Shown: piece by piece, positions 11,777-24,699 of the stretch
Position numbering within the stretch: the stretch's first letter is position 1
Layout of the letters: each line of letters begins with the position of its first letter
Origin: Felis catus
Taxonomy: Eukaryota
Direction of reading: 5' to 3'
DNA length: 64,000 nucleotides
Assembly (NCBI RefSeq): GCF_018350175.1
Contig: NC_058369.1
Span: forward strand, 3,536,001-3,600,000
Position numbers and translations under genes: made by a program
Notes under the pieces: model-generated
The model's input: only the letters and a program-made list of their open reading frames with translations
What the model was told of the DNA's origin: nothing
Database searches by the model: none

Positions 11777-12229
11777 CTCCGCCTGAGACGGACGAGCAAG
11801 TGTGGGGGACAGGGGATCATAGAGGATCACTCTCATCCAGGGAGAGGACCAAGGATAAGGGAGGGAATAAAACAGGGACACGCGCCCCCGGAGCATACAG
11901 CGACGTGCCATAGGTGGTATTGGCCTTGTCACTTGTACACCCCCACAGGCCGGGAATTACGAAACATCTGACTCAGAGCCCAGGGTCTTTAACCATCTTA
12001 CTACACTTTCCTCCTGGAAATCAATGAAGGAATGGCATGTGAAGCCCTCTCTAGACCATAGTTCTTTGGCGCCTTCTCAATAACATTTCGAGGAATGGTT
12101 TTTTTCCTCCCCCATCCTGCCATCAGTTCCGTGGACCACTTACAGGACAAGGTAAACTTGTGCCTGGTAGGTGAGTCGTGGCCTCCATGAGGCTCACCCC
12201 CAATTCTCTATGGCATCCTAATCAAGTCA

Positions 12230-12650
12230 CAGACACCACAGCGAGCTCGTTGTAGCCTTAGAACCTTTGTCTTTGCGATTCCATCAACTTGGAAAACTCC
12301 GCCCCCTACAGCGCCCCCACGGCTCACTCTACCCTCTTCGCCAAGCTTCGTGTCACCAAGGGAGGTTTCCCTGGTTGCCTCACCGCCCCCCCCCCATGTC
12401 AAGTCTGTATTACACATTCTCATAGACCTGGGATATCTTCTCTCCAGAACTTCTCTCCAATAACTTCAGTTATCTGTTTGCAGGACTGTCTCCCATTACA
12501 CTGTGAGCCCCATGAAGGCAGAGATTGTGTTTGTATCACAGCTGTGTCCCCAGCACCCAATTCAGGGCCTGGCACACAGCAGGTGCTCAATAAACATTTG
12601 TTGGATCAATAAAGACACCAGAGAATAAACCAATACATCAATCAATAAAT
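12230..12650 (+). mobile_element. L2 3' fragment
   Basis: Ends GCCTGGCACACAGCAGGTGCTCAATAAACATTTGTTGGATCAAT, typical of an L2 terminus. Confidence 0.75.
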
Positions 12651-13852
12651 TAATTGATGGCTTCAGCACGCATACACAAAGATCCTGCTTCTCCTTGGTC
12701 TCCCCCAGAGACATACCATAGGGTGATGGTTGCTGCAGGTGTTTATTGGGGAGTGTAATTAAATTTGTGGACACTCAAGGGCCAGCCAGCCAACTAATAG
12801 CCCCAGGAGAGAGCCAGGCTCATTTAATTAGCAATTACGAAGCATTGATTCCTCATTAGCTCCGGCAACCCCTGTCTCCCTCTTCAGTCCCAGACAAATG
12901 AAATCTTTCTCTCTCCCAGGAGTACTGCCTCAGTGGGTCCATTAACAAGCAGAGAAACACGATTACTAAGACACCCAAATGCCAGAGGCGCTTCATGAAT
13001 GGTGTGGGGAAAGGGGGTTCAATGTCTGGGTGAAGGCTAATTGTGAGATTATCTGGTATATTTAGAATCACCCTCTGGGTGCGGGAGAGCTTTTGGATAG
13101 GAAAAGACACCTGAATACTGTCCCCCCAATTAGGGACTCGGTTGAAAGGAGAGATTCTGCCCTGGTAGTTCTGTGAATACCTTCCCCTGAGTGCTTCACA
13201 CTCACTCCAAGTTAATCATTCCGAACTGAACGCCCAATCCACCCAGCCACCAGTATGCCCCTCCCTCCACGTCCCCATCAATGTGGCAGGGGGACACAGA
13301 CACCCAGAGACCCTCCCCTCCTCATCCAGCAATCTCCATCCCTGTGTCCTCCAAGGTAAGTCATTCTGGCTAAATCCACCCCCCTCCAGCCCCCTGCCTC
13401 CACCATTGCCTGGTCATCTGTGGTCTCTTCCCTCCTTCCCCAACACGCACACAGCCAACTCATTCTCCTCGTACCTTAGGGGTCTTCTAAAGCGCAGATC
13501 TGATCAAGTCCCACTTTTGTCTTCAATCCTTCAAAGACTCCCATTGTCTGCAGGATAAAATTCAAATATCCTCCCATAGCTCACCTGGTCTGGCACCTGC
13601 TGAGAGTAATTGCACGTCATTTCCCTGCCAGCAACACCCAACAATTAGCCCACCCAGGACCACCTCTTCCTTGGATTCCCCAACTTTAACGTGAGGATGA
13701 TTCTCCTGAGAAGCTCATAGGGAATGCGGATTCCCAGGACCCTCCCAGCTTCAATAAGCAGAGGTGAGGGAGACCCAGAAATCTGCATTTTGATCCGTTT
13801 CCCCACTGATTCTTAGGGAATTCTTCTTTTGATTAAAAAAGACCACCAACTT

Positions 13853-14077
13853 GGGGCGCCTGGGTGGCGCAGTCGGTTAAGCATCCGACTTCAGCCAGGT
13901 CACGATCTCGCGGTCCATGAGTTCAAGCCCCGCGTCAGGCTCTGGGCTGATGGCTCAGAGCCTGGAGCCTGTTTCCGATTCTGTGTCTCCCTCTCTCTCT
14001 GCCCCTCCCCCGTTCATGCTCTGTCTCTCTCTGTCCCAAAAACAAAACAAAACAACAACAACAAAAAAAAAAAAAAC
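13853..14077 (+). mobile_element. Young feline SINE (SINEC_Fc-type)
   Basis: Diagnostic GGTGGCGCAGTCGG...TTCAGCCAGGTCACGATCTCGCGGTCC...CTGGGCTGATGGCTCAG; CpGs retained. Confidence 0.9.
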
Positions 14078-14734
14078 CTTTTATTTCTCCCAAAGATCTC
14101 TGGGGAGACACTTCAGCTAATCTCATCAGATTCACCTTCATACGCCCTCATGCCAGCAACATGCTAAGTATTCAGTTGAGATATAAATGCTGGTGTCCGA
14201 GCCCCTGTTACCTTCACCAGACACAAAATCACGGAGGCCATGTGCACCTATAAACATAAACCAGCACACAGAGTTGCTGTGGGCGTCTGAACTGAAGATA
14301 CAACCCACTGAGCTATCCTATTGTATTTGATCTGTGCCCACTTATCTTCATTTGGGAATCCACGAGACAAGTGTAGTTTCTTGGGAAGGTGGTCCCAGAA
14401 AGTAGAAGTCAAGGGACCTGAGAATAAGGCAAAGAAGCAAGCAAGGCCAATCTACAAGAATGTGGTCCGGTTATGCTGATAGACTCAAAATAGCAGTGCT
14501 TAAATGAAATGGAAATAAATTTCCCCCTTTTGGCACAGCAATCCCATGCCTAGATTTACATAGAAGAGAAACAAACACGTGTTTCCACAGAATGAATTTT
14601 ACAGAAACGACCTCAACAGTTATAGTCATAATAGCCAAAAACTAACTGGTGAGTGGATAAACAAATTATGGTTATCCCACCATGGGCTACTCAGTGTGTG
14701 TGTGTGTGGGAGGGGGGAGAAACAAACTAATGAG

Positions 14735-14884
14735 AGGCCCCCGGGGGGCTCAGTTGGTTAAGCATCTGAATCTCGATTCTGGCTCAGGTCATGATCTCAT
14801 GGTCATGATCTCATGATCATGGTCTCATGGTCATAAGATTGAGCCTCACATTGGGTTCAGCATGGAGCACAGAGCCTGCTGGGG

Positions 14885-14928
<44 letters not shown>

Positions 14929-15000
14929 CCTCCCCTGCTTGTGCTCTCTCGCTCCCTCTCTCAAAATAAATAAATAAATAAACTTCAAAAAGAAAGAAAC
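14735..15000 (+). mobile_element. CAN-SINE with internal CATGATCTCATGGT duplications and (CT)n expansion
   Basis: SINE head and tail. Stuttered 14-mer at ~14790-14835, (CT)n at 14887-14925. Confidence 0.85.
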
Positions 15001-15235
15001 AAACTTATGATACACACGGAAGTATAGAGGACTAGAAAGTCATGCTGAACAGAATAAGTTTGAGCACATATGCATGATTCCATTTATAGGACACAGAACA
15101 ATGGGCAAAACTAACCTATATTGAGAGAAATCGGAACATTGGGCTTTGGTGCCTGGCTGGCTTAGTCGGAGGAGAATGCAACTCTTGATCTCAGGCTCAT
15201 GAGCTCAAGCCCCACATTGGGCGTAGAGATTACTC

Positions 15236-15370
15236 AGAAGAAGAAGGAGGAGGAGGAGAGGGAGAGGGAGGAGGGGGAGAGGAGGAAGAACAGGAAGAGG
15301 AAGGAAAAGGAGGAGGAGGAGGAGGAGGAGGAGGAGGAGGAGGAGGAGGAGGAAGGAAGGAGAAGCAGAA
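15236..15370. repeat. (GAG)n / GA-rich simple repeat
   Basis: Seen directly; follows a SINE body in place of its tail. Confidence 0.9.
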
Positions 15371-17010
15371 GTATTTGTTGGAGGATTGGGTGCCTCCAGG
15401 TGGGTAGGAATCCATTGGAAATGGGTCTGTGGAGCTGTCCGAGGTTCTGAAAAAGTTCTCTCTCTTGATTAGGGGAGTGACCATATGGGGGTATATACAA
15501 TTGCCAAACATCTACCCACTTAACTAAGTTCTATGCATTTTACTATGTGAAAAAAAATCCAACTTATTCTTTTTATTTAAAAAAAAAAGCCATGTAATGC
15601 ATTCATTTTATGTCACATAACTGGGTGTATGCACTTCAGGGATGGTTAGTGCCCATGATGGCAGGGCCCAGGCTCCTTCTGAATCATTGCTCTGCTACCC
15701 TTCGTGCATCGCGCTCACCCCCCGTGGTCCAAAATGACGCACCATGTATTGGAATATTGTTTATATTTTCTGAGGCCAGATGTGCTCAGCTTTAAATCGC
15801 GGGTTCTAGCGCTGCGAGAGAGAAAGAGAGAACGGTTGCTGAGAACAGCCAACAATCTCTGCTACACGTATCTCGAACAGTTGGAAGCCCACCCAGTGTT
15901 GTTCACATTTTCCAAGCCAGTTTCCAACTGGGACCTCCTGTGAGCCTGTATCTCCAGGCTCACATTTCAAAAGAGAGATATAATCTCCTGGAGAGGGAAG
16001 GCATACGAATGGCTCACAAGGTAGAGCTGCCTAAAAGACACGCCCATATCCTGGAGAGATAGACAAGGACAGAACAAATAAAACACGCGATCCAGTCGAC
16101 AGCGGATGCAACACAGTTCCAAAGGCAAAAAGCAGCCGTAGGAAAATGTAGAGTTTGAAATGTGGAATGAAACGCCTCAGAGACTCATGGGAAGTGTGTG
16201 GGACCCTGCCTTTGGAACACTATGTGGGCTGAAAATTAAAATCAGCCAGCTCTTGGTGCGAGCAAAAATTCTAGTTCTGTGATGGGATTAGAGACCTCTC
16301 CACGGGTCAGTGGGGCAGAAAGGTGAAGAATGCTGAGTGGGGACATTGGGCAAGAGTGTTCCCTCCCAGCTCAGCTTCCCTATCTGCAAAAATACTGACA
16401 ATTGTGGCTATTTCTTCGGGCTGTTGCAGAGATCAAGGTGATTGTGTTAATGCATAGCACCATGCCTGGTACATAGTAAATGCTCAAGAAATTACAACGA
16501 GGACTTTGGCAATAGTGACAGATAAATAAGTGGGTAGTAGGAAGAAAAGTATAAAGGTGGATACATAACGGATTGACAGATGGAAAAGGAGAAGGAATGG
16601 AGTAAGAGAGGGACCCATTTCTGAGCCACAGGCCAGAGGCCCACGAGGTCCTTCCTCTCGAGCAGCTGATGAAATCCAACACCTGGACCACTTCCCTATC
16701 AGCTCTGGTGTTCAAGGGACACTGTGCACCTGCTTCGATTGCCCCAGGGCTGGGAGCCAGGCAACTAGGGACAGCCTCATTGTCCAGGAGCCCGGGAAGT
16801 TATTCAAATTAGCCAATCCCAAGAAGTCCTGGAAACCTAGCGAACCCTACTCAGCTTGCTTACAGCTCCAGCTTGCTGTCCCCCGCCCCCCTAGGGCACG
16901 CCCCGTATCCTTCTCTTATTTGGAACTCCAAGTGACAAAGTGTTCTGCACGTCTTCTCTGCAAGTGTCACTGTGTTGTGATATGCCACCAGAAAAAATCT
17001 TATACAACAT

Positions 17011-17205
17011 GGGGCGCCTGGGTGGCTCAGTCGGTTGAGCATCCAGCTTTGGCCCAGGTCGTGATCTTGCGGTCTGTGGGTTCGAGCCCCGAGTCAGCTC
17101 TGTGCTGACAGCTCGGAGCCTGGAGCCTGCTTCGGATTCTGTGTCTCCCTCTCTCTCTGCCCCTCCCCCGCTCACACTCTGTCTCTCTCAAAAGTAAGAC
17201 AAACA
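17011..17205 (+). mobile_element. CAN-SINE
   Basis: Canonical head, body and CT tract. Confidence 0.9.
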
Positions 17206-17224
17206 TTACAATCTCATCAAACAA

Positions 17225-17650
17225 ATGCACATAACATAAAATTTGCATTTTAACCATTTTAAAGTGGCAATTTAGTGACATTCAGTACATTCCCAGTGTT
17301 CTGCAATCATCACCACTACTGACTTCCAGAACATTCCATCACCCCCAGAAAGAACCCCATTCCGTTAAGCAGTCACTTCCCATGCTCCTTCTACACCCCG
17401 CCCCTCCAGCTCCACTAACCTGTATTAATTTGCCTATTCTGAATGTTTCACATAAATACTATACTATGCTGTGTGGGCTGTTATGTTTGACTTCTCTCGG
17501 GGATAATAATGTTTCCATAATGTTGGACATGTTGCATAATGTTTCCAATATTCATCTACATTGTATCAAGAGTCAGAAAGTGTTTCTTTCCTTTTTATGG
17601 CCACATAATATTCCACTGCATGACTATACCACATTTCCTTTCTCCAGACA
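17225..17650 (-). mobile_element. L1MB-like 3'UTR fragment
   Basis: CATAAAATTTGCATTTTAACCATTTTAAAGTG...CCAGAACATTCCATCACCCCCAGAAAGAACCCC is the reverse complement of a typical L1MB end. Confidence 0.75.
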
Positions 17651-18559
17651 CTGTTTTCATAGCTTTAGATACACTACCTCGCATGAAGTGGTTACGACTG
17701 TCACACTCCGCTTTGTAGGACAAGAGGCCGAGGCCAGAGATGAGCAGGCTCCTGGGGCCCGCACAGCTAGTGGGGGACAGAGCCAGGATTTGAACGCGGG
17801 CAGTGTGCAGCCAGCGTCCGCATTTCAAGCCATTACCTTATGCTCCTCCCATAGCCTGGTACTCAGAGACAGTGAGGCGATTGTGACGTGTCCCTCTGTC
17901 ATTTCCACGACATTTGCATGTCGAGATGCAAACAGAAGCCGACTTGTGGTCGCGCAGTGCATCGGCAGCAGTCAGGATGGCGAGGGCAGAGCTCAGACGC
18001 TGCATGGTCTCCAGGACTTGCCTTTCCCGTTGGTCCCAAGGGTGGCTGGGGGCCACCCCGGGGGAGAGTTGATTACGTCCCATCCAGTACCTTAATGGGT
18101 CCTTCAAAAGAGAGTGGCTTCGGTTTCCATGACGACAGGCAGGCAGCATCACAAGGAGATGGCTGAGCTTCCTCCCCTGACCCACATCTGGCTCTGGAAT
18201 CTGTCCCCTTCCGTACCTGCCTTTCTGGATCCCAGGAGCCCAGCCTGTGCCCAGTGCTGACCAGAGAGGGCATCTGTGCGGGGGGGGGGGGGGTCAGCGC
18301 TCACACTTGCTGGTTTGTTTGCTCCTCACTCCTGCTCCTTGGCCCTGCCCCAGCCTGGTGAGGGACGGAGGGACAGAAGCAGCACATGGCCAGGCACAGG
18401 TGCAAAGAGACTCAGGAGGGACAGGGCACTGGGTCCTGTCCCCGGGGGGGGGGGGCACCATGCCACGCCCAGGGACGTTTAGCCAGCCAAGGAGGAGATG
18501 GAAAAAGTTGTCAGATGGAAACTGTTCACAGGATTGGACAGGGCAAGATTTTTGTGGTT

Positions 18560-18746
18560 GTTTTTATTTTTGAGACAGAGAGAGACAGAGCACAAGCCAG
18601 GGAGGGGCAGAGAGAGGGAGACACAGAATCTCCAGGCTCCGAGCGGTCAGCACAGAGCCCGACGCGGGGCTCGAACTCACAAAACTGTGAGATCATGCCC
18701 TGAGCCGAAGTTGGACGCTCAACCGACTGAGCCACCCAAGGGCCCC
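18560..18746 (-). mobile_element. CAN-SINE
   Basis: Reverse-strand SINE ending CTGAGCCACCCAAGGGCCCC. Confidence 0.9.
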
Positions 18747-18843
18747 AAGACTTTTTTAGCTGACAGTGACCAGACAGGTCACAGAACTTGCTCCTCAGGG
18801 CAGAGAAGAGAGATTTTACAGACAGCGGGGAGGAAACAGTTGA

Positions 18844-18848
<5 letters not shown>

Positions 18849-18894
<46 letters not shown>
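18849..18894. repeat. (AC)n microsatellite (~23 units)
   Basis: Seen directly. Confidence 0.95.
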
Positions 18895-18895
<1 letters not shown>

Positions 18896-19167
18896 ACAAA
18901 ATCATCCTTGTTTCAGCCCGTCTGGTTCGGACTCAGGGATAAAACCAGCCGTGGAGAGAAGGAAAGCATCAGCGGCTTGCGAACGCTCCGGACCTTCCAA
19001 GAGCACAGCTGTGAAGGGAGCAGAAACCACTGGGAGCCGCATGGCGAAGCCCGTAGGCTCATCCGTGTTAAAAATCCCAATTTTGATCATTGAACTGTGG
19101 CTCTGTAGGAGAAGTCCTTGTTCCAAGGGAACGCCCACCAATGTGTTTAAGAGTAAAATTAGTCAAT

Positions 19168-20010
19168 GGGGCACCTGGGGGGGCGGGGGGGGGGCTCAGA
19201 CGGTTGAGCGTCCGAATCTTGGTTTCAGCTCAGGTCGTGATTCCAGGGCTGTGAGATCGAGCCCGGGGCTGGGCTCTGAACGGAGCCTGCTTGGGAGTCT
19301 CTCTTTCTCTGCCCCTTCCCCGCACACGTGTGCGCTCTCTCTCTGTCTCTCTCTTTCTCCAGAAAAAAAAAAAAAAAAAGAGTAAAGGTGGTCAAGACCC
19401 CAACTTACTGACTCAAATGGTTCAGAAAACATATATGCATTATATGTATATGTATGTGTACAAATGCATTACATTTTATTCTCTGTCATCTGAATTTATA
19501 TTGTATACATTATTTTATATGTTTTACATAATTATGTAATGTATTACTTATAACACCTTACCATATTTTGTTATAAATTATAATGTAGGGGCACCTGGGT
19601 GATGCGGTCAGTTAAATGTCCGATTCTCGGTTTCGGCTCAGGTCATGATCTCACGGTTTGTGGGTTCGAGCCCCGCGTTGGGCTCTGAGTGGAGCCTGCC
19701 TGGGACTCTCTCTCTGCCCCTCCCCCGCTCTCTCTCTCAAAATAAATAAATACACTTTAAAATATAGAGCATTGGGGCGCCTGGGTGGCTCAGTCGGTTG
19801 AGTGGCTGACTTCGGGTCAGGTCATGATCTCACGGTTTGTGAGTTTGAGCCCCGCGTCGGGCTCTGTGCTGACAGCTCAGAGCCTGGAGCCTGTTTCCGA
19901 TTCTGTGTCTCCCTCTCTCTCTGACCCTCCCCCGTTCATGCTCTGTCTCTCTCTGTCTCAAAAATAAATAAACATTAAAAAAAAATAAAATAAACGTTAA
20001 AAAATCATTT
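19168..20010 (+). mobile_element. Cluster of three same-orientation CAN-SINEs in AT-rich sequence
   Basis: SINE heads at ~19168, 19587 and 19774. AT-rich spacer at 19430-19585. Confidence 0.85.
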
Positions 20011-20119
20011 TAAAATATAGAGCATAATATAAATATTATGTATCATATTATATACTCCTATATAATAAATGTTATATAAACAATAATCTACATAATTAGA
20101 CCACATAAATAAAGCAAAC

Positions 20120-21355
20120 ATGATAACATGCAAATGACTGAGGAATCTGGGTAAAGGATAAGCAAAACTACTTTGCCTCTTCTCGCAACTTTTCTATAAG
20201 CTTGAAATTAGAGCAAGTCAAGAAGTTACAAGCCAGGCAGGGGTGGTTTAACTTGAAAAATCATTCCGCATCATTCGCGATATAGTCACCAAAAGCAAAC
20301 TGCACGATCATCTCAATAAATGCAGAGAGAGCGCTTGACGAAATCCGACATCTATCCCTTTTTTTTTTTTTTTTAAGTCTGGGGATAAGGGTAATAGAAG
20401 GGAGTTTTCTTGACCCAACAAAGGACACCTATGAAACCCCACAGTGACCGGCACACTCCCATGATACAAGACTGGTTGCTTCCCTCCAAGACTGGGAACA
20501 GATCAGGTCTGTCGTAGCTACAGCAGTGAGAAAGGAATCAAAAGCATCGATTTTGGAAAGAAGTGAAAAAAAAAAAAAAAACCTGTCTCTATTCGCGGAT
20601 GATGTGATTGTGCAGTTTTAATATGCATAGTTTATTATATACTAATTATGCCTCCATAAAGCTGTTTTTTTTTTAATCACAGATACACGAAAACAGCTTG
20701 ATGGTTCCTCAAAGAGTTAAAACGTAGTATTAGCATATAATCTGGCAATTCCACACCTAGATTTATACCTGAGAGAACTGAGGGGCGCCTGGGTGGCTCA
20801 GTTGGTTAAGCATCTGACTCTTGATCTCAGCTCAGATCTTGATCTCAGGGTCTTGAGTTCAAGCCCTGCGTTGGGCTCCATGCTGGGCGTGAGGCCACTT
20901 TAAAAAAAACAAAACAAAACAAAAAACATTGGAAACAGATTCAAACAAATTCTTATCATTACAGCACTAGTCCTCACAGGCCAAAGGTGGAAACAGCCCA
21001 AATGTCCATCAGCAGATGAGTGGAGAGACAAAATGTGGTCCATCCCTACGCCGGAATATTATTCAGCCACAAAAATGCACAAAGCACTCACCCACGATAC
21101 AATGTAGATACATCTTGGAAACGTGACGCTCAGGGAGAGAAGCCAGATACTTGGGGCGTGATTCCAGTTACATGAATTGTCCAGAAAAAGCGGGTCCAAA
21201 GAAGTTGGGTGGGGACCGTCCGTTGGGGATGGGGTTTCCTTTAGGGCCGATGGAAATATTTCGGAAGTAGACAGGAGTCGAGGTTGCCCAGCACTTAGAA
21301 TGGTCTAAATGCCACCGAATCGTACATTTCAAGGTGGTTATTTTAATGTTTCATT
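20120..21355 (+). mobile_element. Degenerate L1M fragments with an inserted SINE (20782-20925)
   Basis: ATCATCTCAATAAATGCAGAGAGAGCGCTTGACGAAATCCGACATC (ORF2-like) and GGAAACAGCCCAAATGTCCATCAGCAGATGAGTGG (3' region). Confidence 0.7.
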
Positions 21356-21359
21356 AAAC

Positions 21360-21569
21360 TTTTTTAATGTTCTTTACTTCTGGGAGAGAGACAGAGACAG
21401 AGTCTGAGCGGGGGGAGGGCAGAGGGAGAGGGAGACACAGAATGGGAAACAGGCTCCAGGCTCCCAGCTGTCAGCACAGAGACCCACGTGGGGCTCGAGC
21501 CCTCAAACCGTGAGATCACGACCTGCGCTGAAGTCTGACACTTAACGGACTGAGCCACCCAGGCTCCCC
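21360..21569 (-). mobile_element. CAN-SINE
   Basis: Reverse-strand SINE body. Confidence 0.9.
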
Positions 21570-23051
21570 TTGAATGTTTCATTTATACACTTGAACATGG
21601 TTAATTTATTTCAATTAAAGAAAATAACAAACACAACGCTTCTCTCGTTTGTTTTCCTAAGGAAACGTATACACCTGCTACTCAGTAACATTCCTGCTAG
21701 AGGCTGGAGGAGGGCTGGAGGGTCGCTTCTGAAGACTCTCTCCTTCCCTGGAGAGGGGGACGTCTGGTTCCCTCCCTCTGAAGAGGACCAGACTTAGTGA
21801 ATGCCTTCCAGCCGATAGAACGGGGGCCCGGGTGACACCAGAGTGTGACCCCCAGGGTTGCGGGATACCCCCTACAGATGATCTCCAGATGGGGTCGCGC
21901 TGGGGCTTAGGCCTTCTACATACGGGTTTTGGGACGGCGCAAGGCAGTCCACAGAAGTCACAGAGCTTGGGGGAGTTTGTTAAGCCAAAACAGACAACTA
22001 GAATGATGTGGGACTCCACTTTTTGTAACAGCTATCCCGGAAAATGCGTGTCTGCGAAACAAAGGCCCCCTACTTTCTCCTTCCCTCCCCAGCCAGGGGC
22101 TGTCTGTCCATCCCCCGGGCCCCTGCGTCCCTAACCACACAGCCGGACTTGAGTTATCGCCCTCGGCCAGATTCCGGGCCCTTGAGAATGGCGTTGGGCC
22201 GCTCGGTGCTGTACCCCCAGCCTCTAGCACATGACCCCGCACACTGTAGGTACCCAGAACGTCAAGAACTGTGGCTGGGGAGTGAATGGAGCAAAAGACT
22301 GCACTCGGCACAGATCTGTCTACTCCCCGCAAGGACACGTCAAGCCCGTTTCTTGGGAACTGAACCGTGGCGGGGTTCCCCCAGCGGGCAGGCAGGCAGC
22401 TCCCCCGGGCAGGAGACAGACATAGTAAACGAACTCTTGGGCGACGTGTGCCTTGGTTAGTAATCATAGACATGCAAATTAGAGCCACAAGCTACATGCA
22501 ACACTGTTCCCAGTATCGCTGCTGCCTCCCCGACCACCCGAGAGCACACAGGCTTGAAACAATCATCTTGTCTCAGATGTCACTGATTCTGTAGGTGAGG
22601 AAGTTGGGCGTGTCTGGGGGGGGAGGGGGGGCTTCTGTTACCACGTGGGTGGTGGCAGCTCCCGGATGGCTGGGCTGGAAGGTCCAAGAGGCCTTTACTC
22701 TGCAGGGGACAGCTGGGAGCAGACGGCCAGAAGGCTGAGTCCTTCTGGGACAGTGGACGGGGGTCAGCTAGTGGCCTGCCCAGCACCATGATCTCCGGGT
22801 TGTTGACTTCCTTCATGGTGATGGGCAGCTCAAGAGAACTGGGGGGGGGCGGGGGGGGGGGAGGGGGAGGCTTCCGCCCTTCTATGCCCTAGCCTCAGAA
22901 ATCCCAGAACGACTTCGACTTTACTCTACAGGTCAAGCAGACATGTGACCACACACATTCAAGGGGAGGGGACATAGTCAGAGAACGGGAGAAGGGTCAG
23001 AGAACGTGGGGGCCGTGCTATAAAAGTGCCACAAACAGCTATTAAATCAGC

Positions 23052-24441
23052 AAAGAAGGAGGGGGGGAGGGGGAGGAGGAGAGGAGAAGGAGGGGAAGGA
23101 GGAGGAAGAGGGGGATGAGGGGAAGGAGGAGGAAGAGGGGGAGGGAGAGGAGAAAGGGGAGGAGGAGGGGAGGAAGGAGAGGAGCAGGAGGAGGGGGAGG
23201 AGGAGGGGGAGGAGGAAGAAGGGGAGGAGGGGGAGGGGGGAGGGGGAGGAGGAAGAAGGGGAGGAGGGGGAGGGGGGAGGGGGAGGAGGAGGAGGAGGGG
23301 GAGGAGGAAGAAGGGGAGGAGGGGGAGGAGGAGGGGGGAGGACGAAGAAGGGCAGGAGGGAGGGGAGGAGGGGAGGACGAAGAAGGGGAGGAGGGGGAGG
23401 GGGGAGGGGGAGGAGGAAGAAGGGAAGGAGGGGGAGGGGGGAGGGGGAGGAGGAGGAGGAGGGGGAGGAGGGGGAGGAGGAAGAAGGGGAGGAGGGGGAG
23501 GAGGAAGGGGAGGAGGAGGGGAGGAGGAGGGGAGGAAGGAGAGGAGCAGGAGGAGGGGGAGGAGGAGGAGGAGGAGGAAGAAGGGGAGGAGGGGGAGGAG
23601 GAGGGGGGAGGATGAAGAAGGGCAGGAGGGAGGGGAGGAGGGGGAGGAGCAGGAGGAGGGGGAGGAGGAGGGGGAGGAGGAAGAAGGGGAGGAGGGGGAG
23701 GAGAAGGGGGAGGATGAAGAAGGGCAGGAGGGAGGGGAGGAGGGGGAGGAAGAGGAGGGGGGGAAGAGGAGGGGGAGGAGGAAGAAGGGGAGGAGGGGGA
23801 GGAGGGGGAGGAGGACGAAGAAGGGCAGGAGGGAGGGGAGGAGGGGGGAGGAGGAGGAAGAGGGGGAGGAAGAGGAGAAAGGGGAGGAGGAGGGGAGCAG
23901 GAAGAGGGGGAGGAGGAGGGGGAGGAGGAAGAAGGGGAGGAGGGGGAGGAGGGGAGGAGGGAGGAGGAGGAGGGAGAGGAGGGGGAGGAGGAAGAAGGGG
24001 AGGAGGGGGAGGAGGGGGAGGAGGGGGGAGGAGGAGGGGGAGGACGAAGAAGGGCAGGAGGGAGGGGAGGAGGGGGAGGAGGAGGGGGAGGAGGAAGAAG
24101 GGGAGGAGGGGAAGGAGGAGGGGGAGGATGAAGAAGGGCAGGAGGGAGAGGAGGAGGGGGAGGAGGAGGGGGAGGAGGGGGAGGAGGAAGAAGGGGAGGA
24201 GGGGGAGGAGGAAAGAAGGGGAGGAGGGGGAGGAGGAAGGGGAGGAGGAGGGGAGGAAGGAGAGGAGCAGGAGGAGGGGGAGGAGGAGGGGGAGGAGGAA
24301 GAAGGGGAGGAGGGGGAGGAGGAGGGGGAGGAGGAAGAAGGGGAGGAGGGGGAGGAGGAGGAGGAGGGAGGACGAAGAAGGGCAGGAGGGAGGGGAGGAG
24401 GGGGAGGAGGAGGGGGAGGAGGAGGAGGAGGGGGAGGGAGA
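23052..24441. repeat. 1.4-kb polypurine (GGA/GGGGA) low-complexity minisatellite
   Basis: Top strand almost entirely G and A, with recurring GAAGAAGGGCAGGAGGGAG units. Confidence 0.95.
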
Positions 24442-24699
24442 CAGGACCCAGGAGTCCTGCTGGCATTTTTTTTTAACTTTATTTATTTATTTTGGGAGAG
24501 TCAGAGCGTGAGTGGGGGAGGAGCAGAGAGAGGGCGAGAGAGGATCCCAAGCAGGCTCCGCGCTGCCAGCGCAGATCCAGACGCGGGGCCCGATCCCGCA
24601 AACCGCGGGGTCACCACCACCCAGGCGCCCCATCTGCTGCCTTTTGGCCTGTGACATCCAGGGAGGATGTCACATCCAGGGAGGATCCGGCTCTGTTTA

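Larger units (their letters stand above)
10450..12180 (+). ncRNA. MIR7-3HG: Putative miR-7-3 host lncRNA (exon structure not resolved)
   Basis: Inferred from synteny, the upstream promoter motifs, and candidate acceptors (TTCTTTTCTAG ~11174, CTCTTTCCAG 11300) and donors. Boundaries are guesses. Confidence 0.35.

Noticed and set aside
23042..24511. Long Pro/Ser-, Gly/Arg- and Glu/Gly-rich ORFs (RPGR-ORF15-like appearance)
   Set aside because: Stops are absent simply because one strand has almost no T and the other almost no A. Several frames are open, and there is no domain or splice context.
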